Part shown: positions 29,331 through 38,936 of the stretch, piece after piece
Position numbering within the stretch: the stretch's first letter is position 1
Layout of the letters: every line of letters starts with the position of its first letter
NCBI GenBank assembly: GCA_040756875.1
Contig: JBFLYH010000003.1
Coordinates: forward strand, 32,001-96,000
Direction of reading: 5' to 3'
DNA from: a candidate division FCPU426 bacterium
GTDB lineage: Bacteria; Oederibacteriota; JAAXVQ01; JAUVAV01
DNA length: 64,000 nt
Position numbers and translations under genes: made by a program
The notes under the pieces: generated by a model
What the model saw: the letters and a program-made list of their open reading frames with translations, nothing else
Told to the model about the DNA's origin: nothing
The model's database searches: none

Positions 29331-29770
29331 GGCGCCACCACCCACAGCATGGGCACCTTGGCCCAGGCGCAGGGATACGCAGCCAGTTTGGCCTCCTGCA
29401 GGCCCGAGGCCTGGACCAGCCTGGCCCGGGTTTGCTTCAATATATTATAAAAACGCCGCCAAGCCTGCAGGGCCGTCAGGATATACCGCCGCTTGCCCTT
29501 GCCAAAGGGGACCATAATCGGCTCCACCCCCTTCTGCCTGAGCAGTTCCAGGAACGGCCCGTCCTGACAGCAGACCACATGGGGCGTGAATTGCGCACGG
29601 TCCAACTCATCCAACAGGGCCAGAAGGTGAATCTGGCCTCCGCCCACGGTGCCGTGATAATTCACGTAAACGATCGGGATGGGAACTTTGGCGCCCTCAC
29701 CCACGCGTATAACCTCCGCAAACCATCCAAAGATGGCCCTCAGTTTAGCAGGCTTGACCGGGCGGTGCAA
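29327..29770 (-). CDS. Glycosyltransferase family 4, N-terminal part (split or frameshifted gene; start uncertain)
   Basis: IVYVNYHGTVGGGQIHLLALL typical of GT4 N-termini; ends TGA overlapping the GTG of the next frame. Confidence 0.65.
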   Translation of the reverse strand: MHRPVKPAKLRAIFGWFAEVIRVGEGAKVPIPIVYVNYHGTVGGGQIHLLALLDELDRAQFTPHVVCCQDGPFLELLRQKGVEPIMVPFGKGKRRYILTALQAWRRFYNILKQTRARLVQASGLQEAKLAAYPCAWAKVPMLWVVAP

Positions 29771-29901
29771 GCGGGGTTTTGCTCTGGGCCAGGATCCGGC
29801 GCACCGCTTTGAACCCAGGGCGTGGAAAAAACGGTTTTTCCCGGTCGAGATCGCGTGCCCGGGGTCTATCAGACGTCAGTTTTTCCTTCAGCCCCATTGC
29901 T

Positions 29902-29930
29902 TTGCACGCGAAGTTAACGGATAATATTAT
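29902..29930 (+). promoter_or_regulatory. Candidate sigma70 promoter for the alpha-2-macroglobulin gene
   Basis: TTGCAC-N17-TATTAT in an AT-rich divergent intergenic region. Confidence 0.4.
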
Positions 29931-29979
29931 TTCATCCTTCCTTAATTTATATATATGACCTAAACAGAAAGGATGCCTT

Positions 29980-32900
29980 ATGACCCTTCACGTTTCTTGC
30001 CGCAAAGCCTTCTTTTCATTCCTGTGGATAGGAGCCCTGATGATGACCGCCCTTCCTGCCAGCGCCGACAACTTCTCCAAACTGAAAACCCAAGCCGAAA
30101 AAGAGTACGCCGAAGGATCTTACCAACGGGCCCTGGCCCTGTACCAGCAGGCCCGGGACTGGGACCTGCCTAAAGCCGACAAGGAGTGGGTGCGTTTCCG
30201 GCTCGCGGACGCACTCTGGCGCAGCCAGGCAGCCAGCAAGCAGTCGGATTCCACGCAGCTGGAACAGGCGCGCGAAGAGCTTGAGGCCTTGCTGCAGTCC
30301 AAGCCCGACGAGGAAGACCGCGACCAGCTCTGGGCCGAGATCCAGGAATCGCTCGGCGATTATTACTGGGACCGCCAGGGCTATCAGGACTGGGGCGATG
30401 CCTGGTCCCACTACCAGCAGGCCCTGGACTGGTGGGCCGGTGCCCGGGACATCGAGCTCGCCCGCAAACGCTACCTGGCCCTGGTCTGGCGTTGCGCCCT
30501 TCCCTCCCAGCCTGAACCATATTACTACTACGGTTACTACGGCAATTACCTGCCCCTGGAAATCGTGGAAAACGTCCTGAAAATAAGCCAAACCAAGCAG
30601 GACCAGGCGCATGCCCATTACTTGCTGGCCATGACCTACCAGTATCAGGGCGGCGACTGGGAGCAGATGGAGCGGATCCCCGAGGAATTCGAGGCTGCGC
30701 TCGCAACCGGAAAAACCAGCGAATGGTACGACGACGCCCTGTTCAAGTACGCTGAATGGCTGTCCAACTACGGCCGGCGCCGCCGTTTGCCCAACGGCCA
30801 ATGGGAACAAAAGCCGGACCTGACCAAGGCCCTGGAGCTGTACCGGCGGCTGCTGAAGGAATTCAAGAAAGGCGAAACCCGCTATTACGAAGAAGCCAGG
30901 CAGCGGATCGAATCGATCACCGAGTCCACCCTGTCCGTGAGCGTGTCCAATATTTTCCTGCCCGGCTCCGAGATCCAGGCCTACCTGAACTGGCGCAACC
31001 AGAAGCGCATTGACCTGGCGATCTACGCCCTGGACCTGACCCAGGACGTGGCCTTTTCAAAAAAGCAGGAGAACGGCGACTGGCTGCAGGCCGTCAAGGT
31101 GTCGGGCCTGAAGAAAGTCAAAGCCTGGTCCAAGACCGTCGAACAGGGCGAATACCAGCCGGGCAGCGAAACCCTGCGCCTGGACAGCAAGCTCCCGGCC
31201 GGCGCCTATCTCATCGAAGCCAAGGGCAACAAGGCCAGCTCGCGCGACTTCATCCTGGTGACGGACGCCACCCTGGTGGTCAAAACTTCGGGCCGCCGGG
31301 TCCTGGCTTATTTCTGCCAGGCCGAGGACGGCTCGCCCGTGCCAAACGCCCGCGTGAAGCTGTGGCTGCGGGGTTATGAAAACGGCAAAAACACCTGGAA
31401 CGACCAGCAGAAGCAGACCGACGCCGACGGCCTGGCCATATTCGAGCTTAAACCCGGTTCGGGCAACGAGCTCTTCATCGCGGCCAGCGCCGGAGCGCAG
31501 GCCGAACAGCAGGCCTTTGCCCTGAGCTACGCGTATTACGAATCCGAAGCCCCTGAAGACTGGCGCATCTACGCCTTCACGGACCGGTCGGCCTACCGTC
31601 CGGGCGACCAGGTGCAGTGGAAAATGATCGCCCGCACCTATCAAAACGGCGGCTACACCACCCCGGCCAATTTGCAGGTGGAATACGAAGTGACCGACCC
31701 CCGCGGGGCGAAGGTCAAGGCCGGTCAAATGAAATTGAACCTGTTCGGCAGCGGCTGGGGGACCGTGGACCTCACCGAAGCCATGCCCCTGGGCGAATAC
31801 CAGATCCAATTCTACAGCCAGGGCCGCAAGCGCTCCCTGGGCGGGGCCACGCTGTTCCGCCTCGAGGAATACAAACTGCCCGAATTCAAGGTCAGCATCC
31901 AGACGCCCGAGGAACAGGGCCGCAAAAAAGCCTTCCGCCTGGGCGAGACCGTGGAGGCCGTCATTCAGGCCGATTATTACTTCGGCGGGCCGGTGGGCAA
32001 CGCCTCGGTGGAAGTGGTGGTGTACCAGAACCCGTATTACCACTGGTGGCAGCCGGATTATGAATTCCCCTGGTTTTACGCGGACATGCAGCCGCAGCGC
32101 GGTTACTGGGGCGACGGCCAGGTGGTGAAGCGCGAAATGCTCAAGACCGACGCCCAGGGACGGGCCAGCGTGTTCTTCGCCACGCCCCGCGGCGGCTCCC
32201 AGGACTTCGAGTACCGGATCGAGGCCCGCGTGACCGATTCCTCCCGCCGCGAAATCATCGGTTCGGAAAGCGTGCGCGTCACCCGGCACCGCTACGAAGT
32301 CTATCTGCGGCCCGAGCACAGCCTGTACCGGCCCCAGGACAAAATCCGCATCCTGGTCAAGGCGCTCGACGCCAACCAGAATCCCGTGGCCGTGGCCGGC
32401 CAGGTGCGCGTGACCCGTGACCGCTGGGTGGAGCTCTGGCTCAACCCCTCGGGCAAGACCGTGGCCGCGGACGCCTGGCGCAAGGAGCACCCCCGCGGCC
32501 CGGCCGCGCCCTGGACCGGAGACAAGCCCGAGCTCGGCTGGCAGGTCAAGTTCCAGGGGTATGAACACGAGGACGTGCTGACCACCAAATTGAAGACCGA
32601 CGACCAGGGCGAAGCCGAGTTGTCGTGGGTCGCCGGGCGCGAAGGGTATTACCGCGTGGCTTGGGAGAGCGAAGATGCAATACCCAGGGGCTTGCCCCTG
32701 GGTCTGCGGATGTCATCCCCCAAGTCTGACTCCAGCGATGGTCTGCAACCGCAATCGTCCGGATGGATGGCGAAGGGGGACAGCCGCTCCGGCGAACCGG
32801 TGACAGCCGAAACCACGGTGTGGGCGGCCTCGAACGCCACCACCGAACTCGGCTACCGGCACGGTGGCCTGGAGATCGTCATTGACAAGGACACCGTGCG

Positions 32901-35900
32901 GGCCGGCGAGAAGGCGCCGGTGCTGCTGACCGCGCCGTCGTCCGGCCGTTGCGTGTTGTTCTCGGTGGAAGCCGACGACCTTTATTCCTACCAGGTCGTG
33001 CGCATGCAGGGCGCGGCCAAGCTCCTGGAAGTGCCGATCGAGCCCTCCTATGTGCCCAACGTATTCCTCAGCGCCACCATGGTGAACGACCTGCAGCTGT
33101 TCCAGGACACCAAGCAGGTGGTGGTGCCGCCGGTGGAGCATTTCCTCAACCTGGAAGTGAAGCCCGACCGCGAGCAATACCAGCCCCGGACCGAAGGCAC
33201 GCTCACCCTGACCACCCGCGACCATCAGGGCAAGCCCGTGTCCGCGGAAGTGGCGCTGGCCCTGGTGGACGAGGCCGTTTCCTACATTCAAGCCGATTAC
33301 ACCGGCGACCTCCGCCAGTTCTATTTCGGCTCCAAGCGCGGGCACAGCGTGCAGACCGAAGGCACGCTCAACCAGCGCAGTTATGTGCGCCTGGCGCCCC
33401 CGCCTCCGCCGGCCGAAATGCCCGTCGGCGGCATGGAACGGGACGAAGCCGAGGAAGTCTCGGCCAGCATGGATGACCGGGCCATGGGCGCCGGCATGCG
33501 CGCCAAATCCGCGCCCGCGCCCAGCGCGCAGGCCCCCAAACGGCGCATGGCCGCGAAGGAATCCAAGCAGGAGCGCGCCTCGGTGGCCAAACCCCAGGTT
33601 ACGACCGAGGGGGCCCCGGAGCCCGAGGAGGCCGGCCAGCCGTCCGTGGTCGTGCGCCAGGATTTCCGGGCCACGGCCTTCTGGCAGCCGGACGTGCAGA
33701 CCGGACCTGACGGCCAGGCCGTGGTCAAGGTCAAGTATCCGGATTCCCTCACCACCTGGAAAGCCGTGGGCCGTGCGGTGTCGGCGGGCAGCCAGTTCGG
33801 CCAGGCTTCGGCGTCCACCCGCACCAAGATGCCCCTGATCGTGCGCCTGCAGGCGCCGCGCTTCTTCCTGACCAGCGACAAAGTCGTGGTCTCGGCCGTG
33901 GTCAACAACAACACGGACCAGGCGCTTGCCGTAACCGTGTCCCTCAAGGCCCTGGGACTGGACGTGGCCAAGGACGCGCCCGTCAAACTCAAGGTGGCGG
34001 CCAATTCCGAAGCGCGCGCGGATTGGACGGCCGCGGTCAAGAACCCGGGCGAGGCCAAGCTGACCGTGGAAGCCCGGGGCGGGGCCTTTGCCGACGCCAT
34101 GGAAAAAACCTACCCGGTGTACGAGCACGGCATCGAAAAATTCGTGGCCAAGGCCGGCCGGGTCCGCGGCCGCGAAAGCCTGGTCAAGCTGGATCTGCCC
34201 AAGGAGCGCAAAGACGAATCCACCAGCCTCACCATCCAGGTGGCGCCCAGCCTGGCCGTGGCCCTGCTGGACGCCCTGCCCTATCTCTTCGACTACCCCT
34301 ACGGCTGCACGGAACAGACCCTGAGCCGTTTCCTGCCCGCGGTGATTGTGGCCAAAACCCTGCAGGACCTGCACGTCAAGCCCCAGACCATTGCTGACAA
34401 GATGTTCGGCGGCGTGGAAAAGGCCACGGCGGATAAAACGCATTCCGCGGGCGCCAAGGATTTCAAGCTGCTGGACAAGATGGTCAAGCAGGGGCTGGAA
34501 CGCCTGTATGACTTCCAGCACAGCGACGGCGGCTGGGGCTGGTGGAAGGAAGGCTCAAGCGACGTGTACATGACCGCCTACGTGCTCTGGGGCCTGTGCC
34601 TGGCCAGCGAGGCGGGCGTGGACATCCGGTCCGCGGTGTTGGACCGCGCGGACACCTTCCTCAACCAGCGGCTGGTGGAATACGAAAACCAGCCGGACCT
34701 CCAAGCCTGGATGCTGCACGCCCAGGCCCGGCTCTTCGCGCTGTGGAAGCGGCCGAAGCTCCACGCCTATCAAACCAAGGCGTTCGACCGCGTATGGAGC
34801 CAGCGCGACAAATTGAACGCCTACACCCGCTCCCTGCTGGCCCTGGCGGCCCGTGATTTCGGCCTGCAGGACAAGGCGCAGATCCTTATCCGCAACCTGG
34901 AGAACGGCGTCATCAAAGATGACAAGCCGGACACCACGGTGCTCCACGCCGGCGGCGGCCAGGGCGAGACCCTCATGCCCACGGCGCACTGGGGCGAGGA
35001 AGGCTTCTACTGGCGCTGGTCCGAAGGCGGGATCGAGGCTACGGCTTTCGCCCTGCGCGCGCTCATGGCCGTGGACCCGAAGAACGCCTTGGTGGAGCCG
35101 GTGATGAACTGGCTGGTTAAAAACCGCCGGGGCGCGCAATGGTCCAACACGCGCGACACGGCCATCGCGGTCCTGGCGCTCACGGACTACCTGCGCGTCA
35201 GCCGCGAACTCAAGCAGGACCTGGAATTCGAGGTCCTGGTCAACGGCCGCCCGGTGGTCAGCAAGAAGCTTTCCGCCGAGGAGTCGCTGGGCGCGCCCAG
35301 CGTATTCGCGGTCAAGCGCGAGTTCCTGAAGGACGGCGCCAATGAGATCCTGTTCAGAAACAAGACCGGCCAGGGCGCCATCTATTTCTCCGCCCAGGCC
35401 TCCTTCTTCAGCCTGGAGGAGCCGATCACGCCGGTCGGCAACGAGATCTTCGCGCGGCGGCAGTACTTCAAGTTCGTGGGCCGTCCCACCCTGCTCAAGG
35501 GCTACGTGTACGACAAGGTACCCCTGGCGGACAACGAAACCGTGGAGAGCGGCCAGCGCATCGAGACCGTAGTCACGGTGGAGGCCAAGAACAACTACGA
35601 GTACCTGGTGTTCGAGGATTTGAAGCCCGCGGGCGTGGAAGCCGTGGAAGTAAAAAGCGGCCAGCCCCTGTACGCGCAGGAGATCAAGTCCGGCGCCCAG
35701 GAGCGGGTGTTCAAGGGCAAGCCCGGCAAAAAACCCAGGCTCGCGGCCGATGCCGGAGACACGACGGGCCGCACGGCCTGGGTGTACCAGGAATTGCGCG
35801 ACCGCAAGGTGGCGCTGTTCATCGACCACCTGCCCCAAGGCGTGTGGGAGATGCGCTATACCCTGCGCGCCGAAACGCCGGGCACCTACCACGCCCTGCC

Positions 35901-35991
35901 CGTGGTCGGGCACGCCATGTACGTGCCCGAGCTGCGCTGCAACGGCGCGGAAGTGCGGATCAAGGTCGAGGAGTCCTCAGCCGGAAAATAG
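29980..35991 (+). CDS. Alpha-2-macroglobulin family protein with signal peptide and N-terminal TPR-like region
   Basis: FTDRSAYRPGD (MG2), EEYKLPEF, VRQDFRATAFW, PDSLTTW, YPYGCTEQ thioester motif, QHSDGGWGWW, AMYVPE. Confidence 0.95.
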   Translation: MTLHVSCRKAFFSFLWIGALMMTALPASADNFSKLKTQAEKEYAEGSYQRALALYQQARDWDLPKADKEWVRFRLADALWRSQAASKQSDSTQLEQAREELEALLQSKPDEEDRDQLWAEIQESLGDYYWDRQGYQDWGDAWSHYQQALDWWAGARDIELARKRYLALVWRCALPSQPEPYYYYGYYGNYLPLEIVENVLKISQTKQDQAHAHYLLAMTYQYQGGDWEQMERIPEEFEAALATGKTSEWYDDALFKYAEWLSNYGRRRRLPNGQWEQKPDLTKALELYRRLLKEFKKGETRYYEEARQRIESITESTLSVSVSNIFLPGSEIQAYLNWRNQKRIDLAIYALDLTQDVAFSKKQENGDWLQAVKVSGLKKVKAWSKTVEQGEYQPGSETLRLDSKLPAGAYLIEAKGNKASSRDFILVTDATLVVKTSGRRVLAYFCQAEDGSPVPNARVKLWLRGYENGKNTWNDQQKQTDADGLAIFELKPGSGNELFIAASAGAQAEQQAFALSYAYYESEAPEDWRIYAFTDRSAYRPGDQVQWKMIARTYQNGGYTTPANLQVEYEVTDPRGAKVKAGQMKLNLFGSGWGTVDLTEAMPLGEYQIQFYSQGRKRSLGGATLFRLEEYKLPEFKVSIQTPEEQGRKKAFRLGETVEAVIQADYYFGGPVGNASVEVVVYQNPYYHWWQPDYEFPWFYADMQPQRGYWGDGQVVKREMLKTDAQGRASVFFATPRGGSQDFEYRIEARVTDSSRREIIGSESVRVTRHRYEVYLRPEHSLYRPQDKIRILVKALDANQNPVAVAGQVRVTRDRWVELWLNPSGKTVAADAWRKEHPRGPAAPWTGDKPELGWQVKFQGYEHEDVLTTKLKTDDQGEAELSWVAGREGYYRVAWESEDAIPRGLPLGLRMSSPKSDSSDGLQPQSSGWMAKGDSRSGEPVTAETTVWAASNATTELGYRHGGLEIVIDKDTVRAGEKAPVLLTAPSSGRCVLFSVEADDLYSYQVVRMQGAAKLLEVPIEPSYVPNVFLSATMVNDLQLFQDTKQVVVPPVEHFLNLEVKPDREQYQPRTEGTLTLTTRDHQGKPVSAEVALALVDEAVSYIQADYTGDLRQFYFGSKRGHSVQTEGTLNQRSYVRLAPPPPPAEMPVGGMERDEAEEVSASMDDRAMGAGMRAKSAPAPSAQAPKRRMAAKESKQERASVAKPQVTTEGAPEPEEAGQPSVVVRQDFRATAFWQPDVQTGPDGQAVVKVKYPDSLTTWKAVGRAVSAGSQFGQASASTRTKMPLIVRLQAPRFFLTSDKVVVSAVVNNNTDQALAVTVSLKALGLDVAKDAPVKLKVAANSEARADWTAAVKNPGEAKLTVEARGGAFADAMEKTYPVYEHGIEKFVAKAGRVRGRESLVKLDLPKERKDESTSLTIQVAPSLAVALLDALPYLFDYPYGCTEQTLSRFLPAVIVAKTLQDLHVKPQTIADKMFGGVEKATADKTHSAGAKDFKLLDKMVKQGLERLYDFQHSDGGWGWWKEGSSDVYMTAYVLWGLCLASEAGVDIRSAVLDRADTFLNQRLVEYENQPDLQAWMLHAQARLFALWKRPKLHAYQTKAFDRVWSQRDKLNAYTRSLLALAARDFGLQDKAQILIRNLENGVIKDDKPDTTVLHAGGGQGETLMPTAHWGEEGFYWRWSEGGIEATAFALRALMAVDPKNALVEPVMNWLVKNRRGAQWSNTRDTAIAVLALTDYLRVSRELKQDLEFEVLVNGRPVVSKKLSAEESLGAPSVFAVKREFLKDGANEILFRNKTGQGAIYFSAQASFFSLEEPITPVGNEIFARRQYFKFVGRPTLLKGYVYDKVPLADNETVESGQRIETVVTVEAKNNYEYLVFEDLKPAGVEAVEVKSGQPLYAQEIKSGAQERVFKGKPGKKPRLAADAGDTTGRTAWVYQELRDRKVALFIDHLPQGVWEMRYTLRAETPGTYHALPVVGHAMYVPELRCNGAEVRIKVEESSAGK
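32677..32790. mobile_element. Palindromic element apparently inserted in frame in the A2M gene
   Basis: Hairpin acccagggg-cttg-cccctgggt (32682-32703) then long imperfect IR gcggatgtcatccccc...gggggacagccgc (32706-32787); atypical codons. Confidence 0.55.
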
Positions 35992-36026
35992 GGTTATTCA
36001 GGACGCGGCGGGTTTCAGGCGGCTTT

Positions 36027-37115
36027 TCAGCGGCGGAGGCGGAGCGCGGCTTTCAGGACCAGGGCCCCGAGCGCGACGGCGAGCACGAATAGCTTTCTCA
36101 TGCTGCCGCGGTTCTCGGCCCAGCCCGCGCGGAAGCACTGGTAGGTTTCGCGGTATTCGTGAAAGGCGTGCAGGGCCAGCCAGGTGACCGATTGCTGGAT
36201 GGGCCAGTTGAGCGCAGGCCGGCGTTCCCGGTCAGCTGGATCCAGCCGGCGGCGCGTGGCCGCTGAAGGCCGCCCCTGCCAGGTCCGAAGCAACCGGCGG
36301 GTTTCCGCCAGAACGCGCGGGTCCTTCGCCCATCCCCGCGCCAGTTCGTCCAAACGGTTTTCGTACTGCACGTGCCAGTTGCCGTTGTACCCGGCCGCGT
36401 GGTGCGGGACGCTGGCGTCCTGCACCGCGTGCAGCACGGGCCCCAGGTGTTCGATCCGCTCCGATTGTTGCCTGAACCTTCCCCACCAATAACGGGCAAG
36501 ATTGTCCACGGGCATGAACACGCTGTAGGGCACGCCGCGTCCTTTGCGGCCCCGCCCTTCGGCCAGGGGAAACCGGGCCGCCAGCTCGGCGCGCTTGCCG
36601 GCATAGCGCCCTTGGTCCTGCGGATAGGAATACCGTTCCAGGGACGGCGAGCAGTTGCGATACCATTTGCGGCCGGGTGCGTGCACGTACATGTCGGCCA
36701 GCCAGGCGTGGATGGCCTGGTCCACCTTGAACCCGCTGAGGCGCGCGAGGAGGACCTGCCAGCGTCCGGCCACCTCGTGCGCGGCCTGGTATTGCCCCTG
36801 GTGCGCGGACCCGCGGCAGTAACTGTAGCCGTCGTAGTCGTCGAAGCGGCCGGGGCCCTTTTGGATGTCGATGAAATGGTTGAAGGCCGTGAGCGTGCGG
36901 CGATCCAGGGTCAGGTGCGGCCGGTCGTTGATTGCGCCCGCTTCCTCGCGGTGCGGATTGTCGCGGCCGAAATTCACGTCCACCAGCTCCAGGTCCTGAA
37001 AGGCGTCCGTGGCTTCGCTGGCCCGGGCCAGGCGTTCGCCGTTCTGGCGGCCCAGCCGCAGCCCGCTGGCGCGCACGGACAAGCGGGTGGCCAGCAGGTG
37101 GGACAGCTCGTTCAT
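36027..37115 (-). CDS. Zinc-dependent phospholipase C / S1-P1-like hydrolase (putative)
   Basis: NHFID, HLGPVLHAVQDASVPHH, HVQYE resemble the Zn ligands of that fold; ATG at 37115 overlaps the upstream TGA. Confidence 0.6.
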   Translation of the reverse strand: MNELSHLLATRLSVRASGLRLGRQNGERLARASEATDAFQDLELVDVNFGRDNPHREEAGAINDRPHLTLDRRTLTAFNHFIDIQKGPGRFDDYDGYSYCRGSAHQGQYQAAHEVAGRWQVLLARLSGFKVDQAIHAWLADMYVHAPGRKWYRNCSPSLERYSYPQDQGRYAGKRAELAARFPLAEGRGRKGRGVPYSVFMPVDNLARYWWGRFRQQSERIEHLGPVLHAVQDASVPHHAAGYNGNWHVQYENRLDELARGWAKDPRVLAETRRLLRTWQGRPSAATRRRLDPADRERRPALNWPIQQSVTWLALHAFHEYRETYQCFRAGWAENRGSMRKLFVLAVALGALVLKAALRLRR

Positions 37116-37882
37116 GCTCGCGGACGGTCCTGGCTGGTTTCCATTTCCCAGTGCTTGGCGTGCTTGACCAGGGTGTTGAGGGCCGAGAGGCTGCACAGGG
37201 CCAGGCCCGGAAACCCGTCCAGCCAGCCGGCTTTGAGGAAATACATCTTGCTGAAGGTCCATGGAGGATCGAAAAGCAGGCGCGCCAGGGAAAAACGTTT
37301 GCCCCGGGCCTGGCGTTCCTGGGCGGCAAGCGAAGTGTAGGTGTTCATGCGGCTGAGATAATCCCTGACCGAACGGTAGGTGAAGTGCTCGAGCGGGTGT
37401 TGCAGTCGCCCGACTGTGCCGCGAACCCGCAGGGCTTCGTGCACCTGCCGGGTCTCGAAGGCGCCGGCCCCGGCCCGGAACAGCCGCAGTTGCCAGTCCG
37501 GGTTCCAGCCGCAGTGCCGGATGCAATGCCCGAGGAAATAATTGCGCCGCGACACCTCGAAGCCCGCGAAGGGCGGGTCCAGGGCCAGCGCGCTTTTGAT
37601 CTCCCGCGCCAGGTCCGCGGTGGCGATTTCGTCCGCGTCCACGGAAAATATCCAGCCTTCCCTGACGTCCGCGATCAGGCGGTTCTTGGTCTGGCCGTAG
37701 CCTTCCCAGGCCACGCGCCGGACCTCTGCGCCCGCGGCCCGCGCTTTTTCCGCGGTATCGTCCCCTGAGCCGTTTTCAGCCACGACCACGCGGTCGCAAA
37801 AACCCAGGGCCTGGACGCAGGCGGCGATGGTCGGGCCGGCGTCGCGCGCGATGATCAGGGCGGTGAGCAGGGGTTCGGTCAT
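37112..37882 (-). CDS. Glycosyltransferase family 2 (WaaE/KdtX-like)
   Basis: WEGYGQTKN, SVDADE, GWNPDWQLRLF, GWLDGFPG. Confidence 0.88.
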   Translation of the reverse strand: MTEPLLTALIIARDAGPTIAACVQALGFCDRVVVAENGSGDDTAEKARAAGAEVRRVAWEGYGQTKNRLIADVREGWIFSVDADEIATADLAREIKSALALDPPFAGFEVSRRNYFLGHCIRHCGWNPDWQLRLFRAGAGAFETRQVHEALRVRGTVGRLQHPLEHFTYRSVRDYLSRMNTYTSLAAQERQARGKRFSLARLLFDPPWTFSKMYFLKAGWLDGFPGLALCSLSALNTLVKHAKHWEMETSQDRPRA

Positions 37883-37883
37883 G

Positions 37884-38936
37884 TCAGGCGCTGCGTTTGG
37901 ACAGCGGCTGGGTGGCCAGCAAGTCGCGGCAGGCCGCGACCGCCTGCTCCGGCGTGGTCAGGCTGAGGCAGTGGTGGTGCTGCAAGGGGCAGCGGACGCC
38001 TCCATGCAGGCTGCAGGGGCGGCAGTGCAGGTTTTGTTCCAGCACCCGGGCGCGGGGATGGGTGAGGGGCGCGAACCCGAACGCGGACACCGTGGGCCCG
38101 AACAGGGCCACGGCCGGCGCGCCGGCGGCCAGGCCCAGATGCAAGGGGCCGGAATCATTGGTCACCAGCACCTCGGCCAGGGACAGCACCGCGGCCAGGG
38201 TGGGCAGCGAAGTCAAGCCAGCCAGGGACACGGCCTTGCCACCGGTCTGTTGGGCCAGGGTCTCGCACAATTTGCGTTCCCCTGCCGAGCCGATGAACAC
38301 GGGCCTTAGGCCCAGCTCGGACTGCAGCAGGCGGGCGGTCTGTGCGAAATGCTCCTGGGGCCACTGTTTGGCCGGCCAGGCCGCGCCCGGCGCCAAGACC
38401 GCGAAGCGGTCCTGGCCCGCCAGCTTGGCGCCGCGCAGGATCTGCTCGGCCGCGGCCAGCACCCATTCGGGCAGGGCCAGGCGCGGCGGCAGCGTGGGCG
38501 CCGCGATTCCGGCCTGCCGGGCCGCGGCCGCATACCATTCCGTGACCTGCTGGCCCTGGGCGATCGACTCCCAGGCATGCCAGGGCATGCGCCGTCCGGC
38601 CGGGCGCACGAGCAGGCGCCTGGCCAGCGGGTGCTTGTTGTAACGGAGCTTGCGCCCGGCCTGCACGCGGCGGCCCAGGCGCCGGCTGCGGGGCGTGTCG
38701 TGCAGGTCCAGCACCAGCGCGTAGCGCGGTTCGAGGTCCGCGGGCGCGGACAGGACGCGGGCCGCTCCGGGCAGCAATTTGCCGAGCGCGACGTATTCAG
38801 GCTTTACGAACAGGTCCACGCGGTATCCGGCCCGTTCCATCTGCGCGAGCACGGGCTGGGTCAGCACGATGTCGCCCAGCGAACTCAGGCGGATGACCAG
38901 GGCGCGCTGCTTGGGCATGGTGGTTTGATGGTTCAC
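37884..38936 (-). CDS. Glycosyltransferase family 9 (heptosyltransferase)
   Basis: RLSSLGDIVLT, APGAAWPAKQWP, TNDSGPLH; start GTG 38936 or ATG 38918. Confidence 0.9.
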   Translation of the reverse strand: MNHQTTMPKQRALVIRLSSLGDIVLTQPVLAQMERAGYRVDLFVKPEYVALGKLLPGAARVLSAPADLEPRYALVLDLHDTPRSRRLGRRVQAGRKLRYNKHPLARRLLVRPAGRRMPWHAWESIAQGQQVTEWYAAAARQAGIAAPTLPPRLALPEWVLAAAEQILRGAKLAGQDRFAVLAPGAAWPAKQWPQEHFAQTARLLQSELGLRPVFIGSAGERKLCETLAQQTGGKAVSLAGLTSLPTLAAVLSLAEVLVTNDSGPLHLGLAAGAPAVALFGPTVSAFGFAPLTHPRARVLEQNLHCRPCSLHGGVRCPLQHHHCLSLTTPEQAVAACRDLLATQPLSKRSA

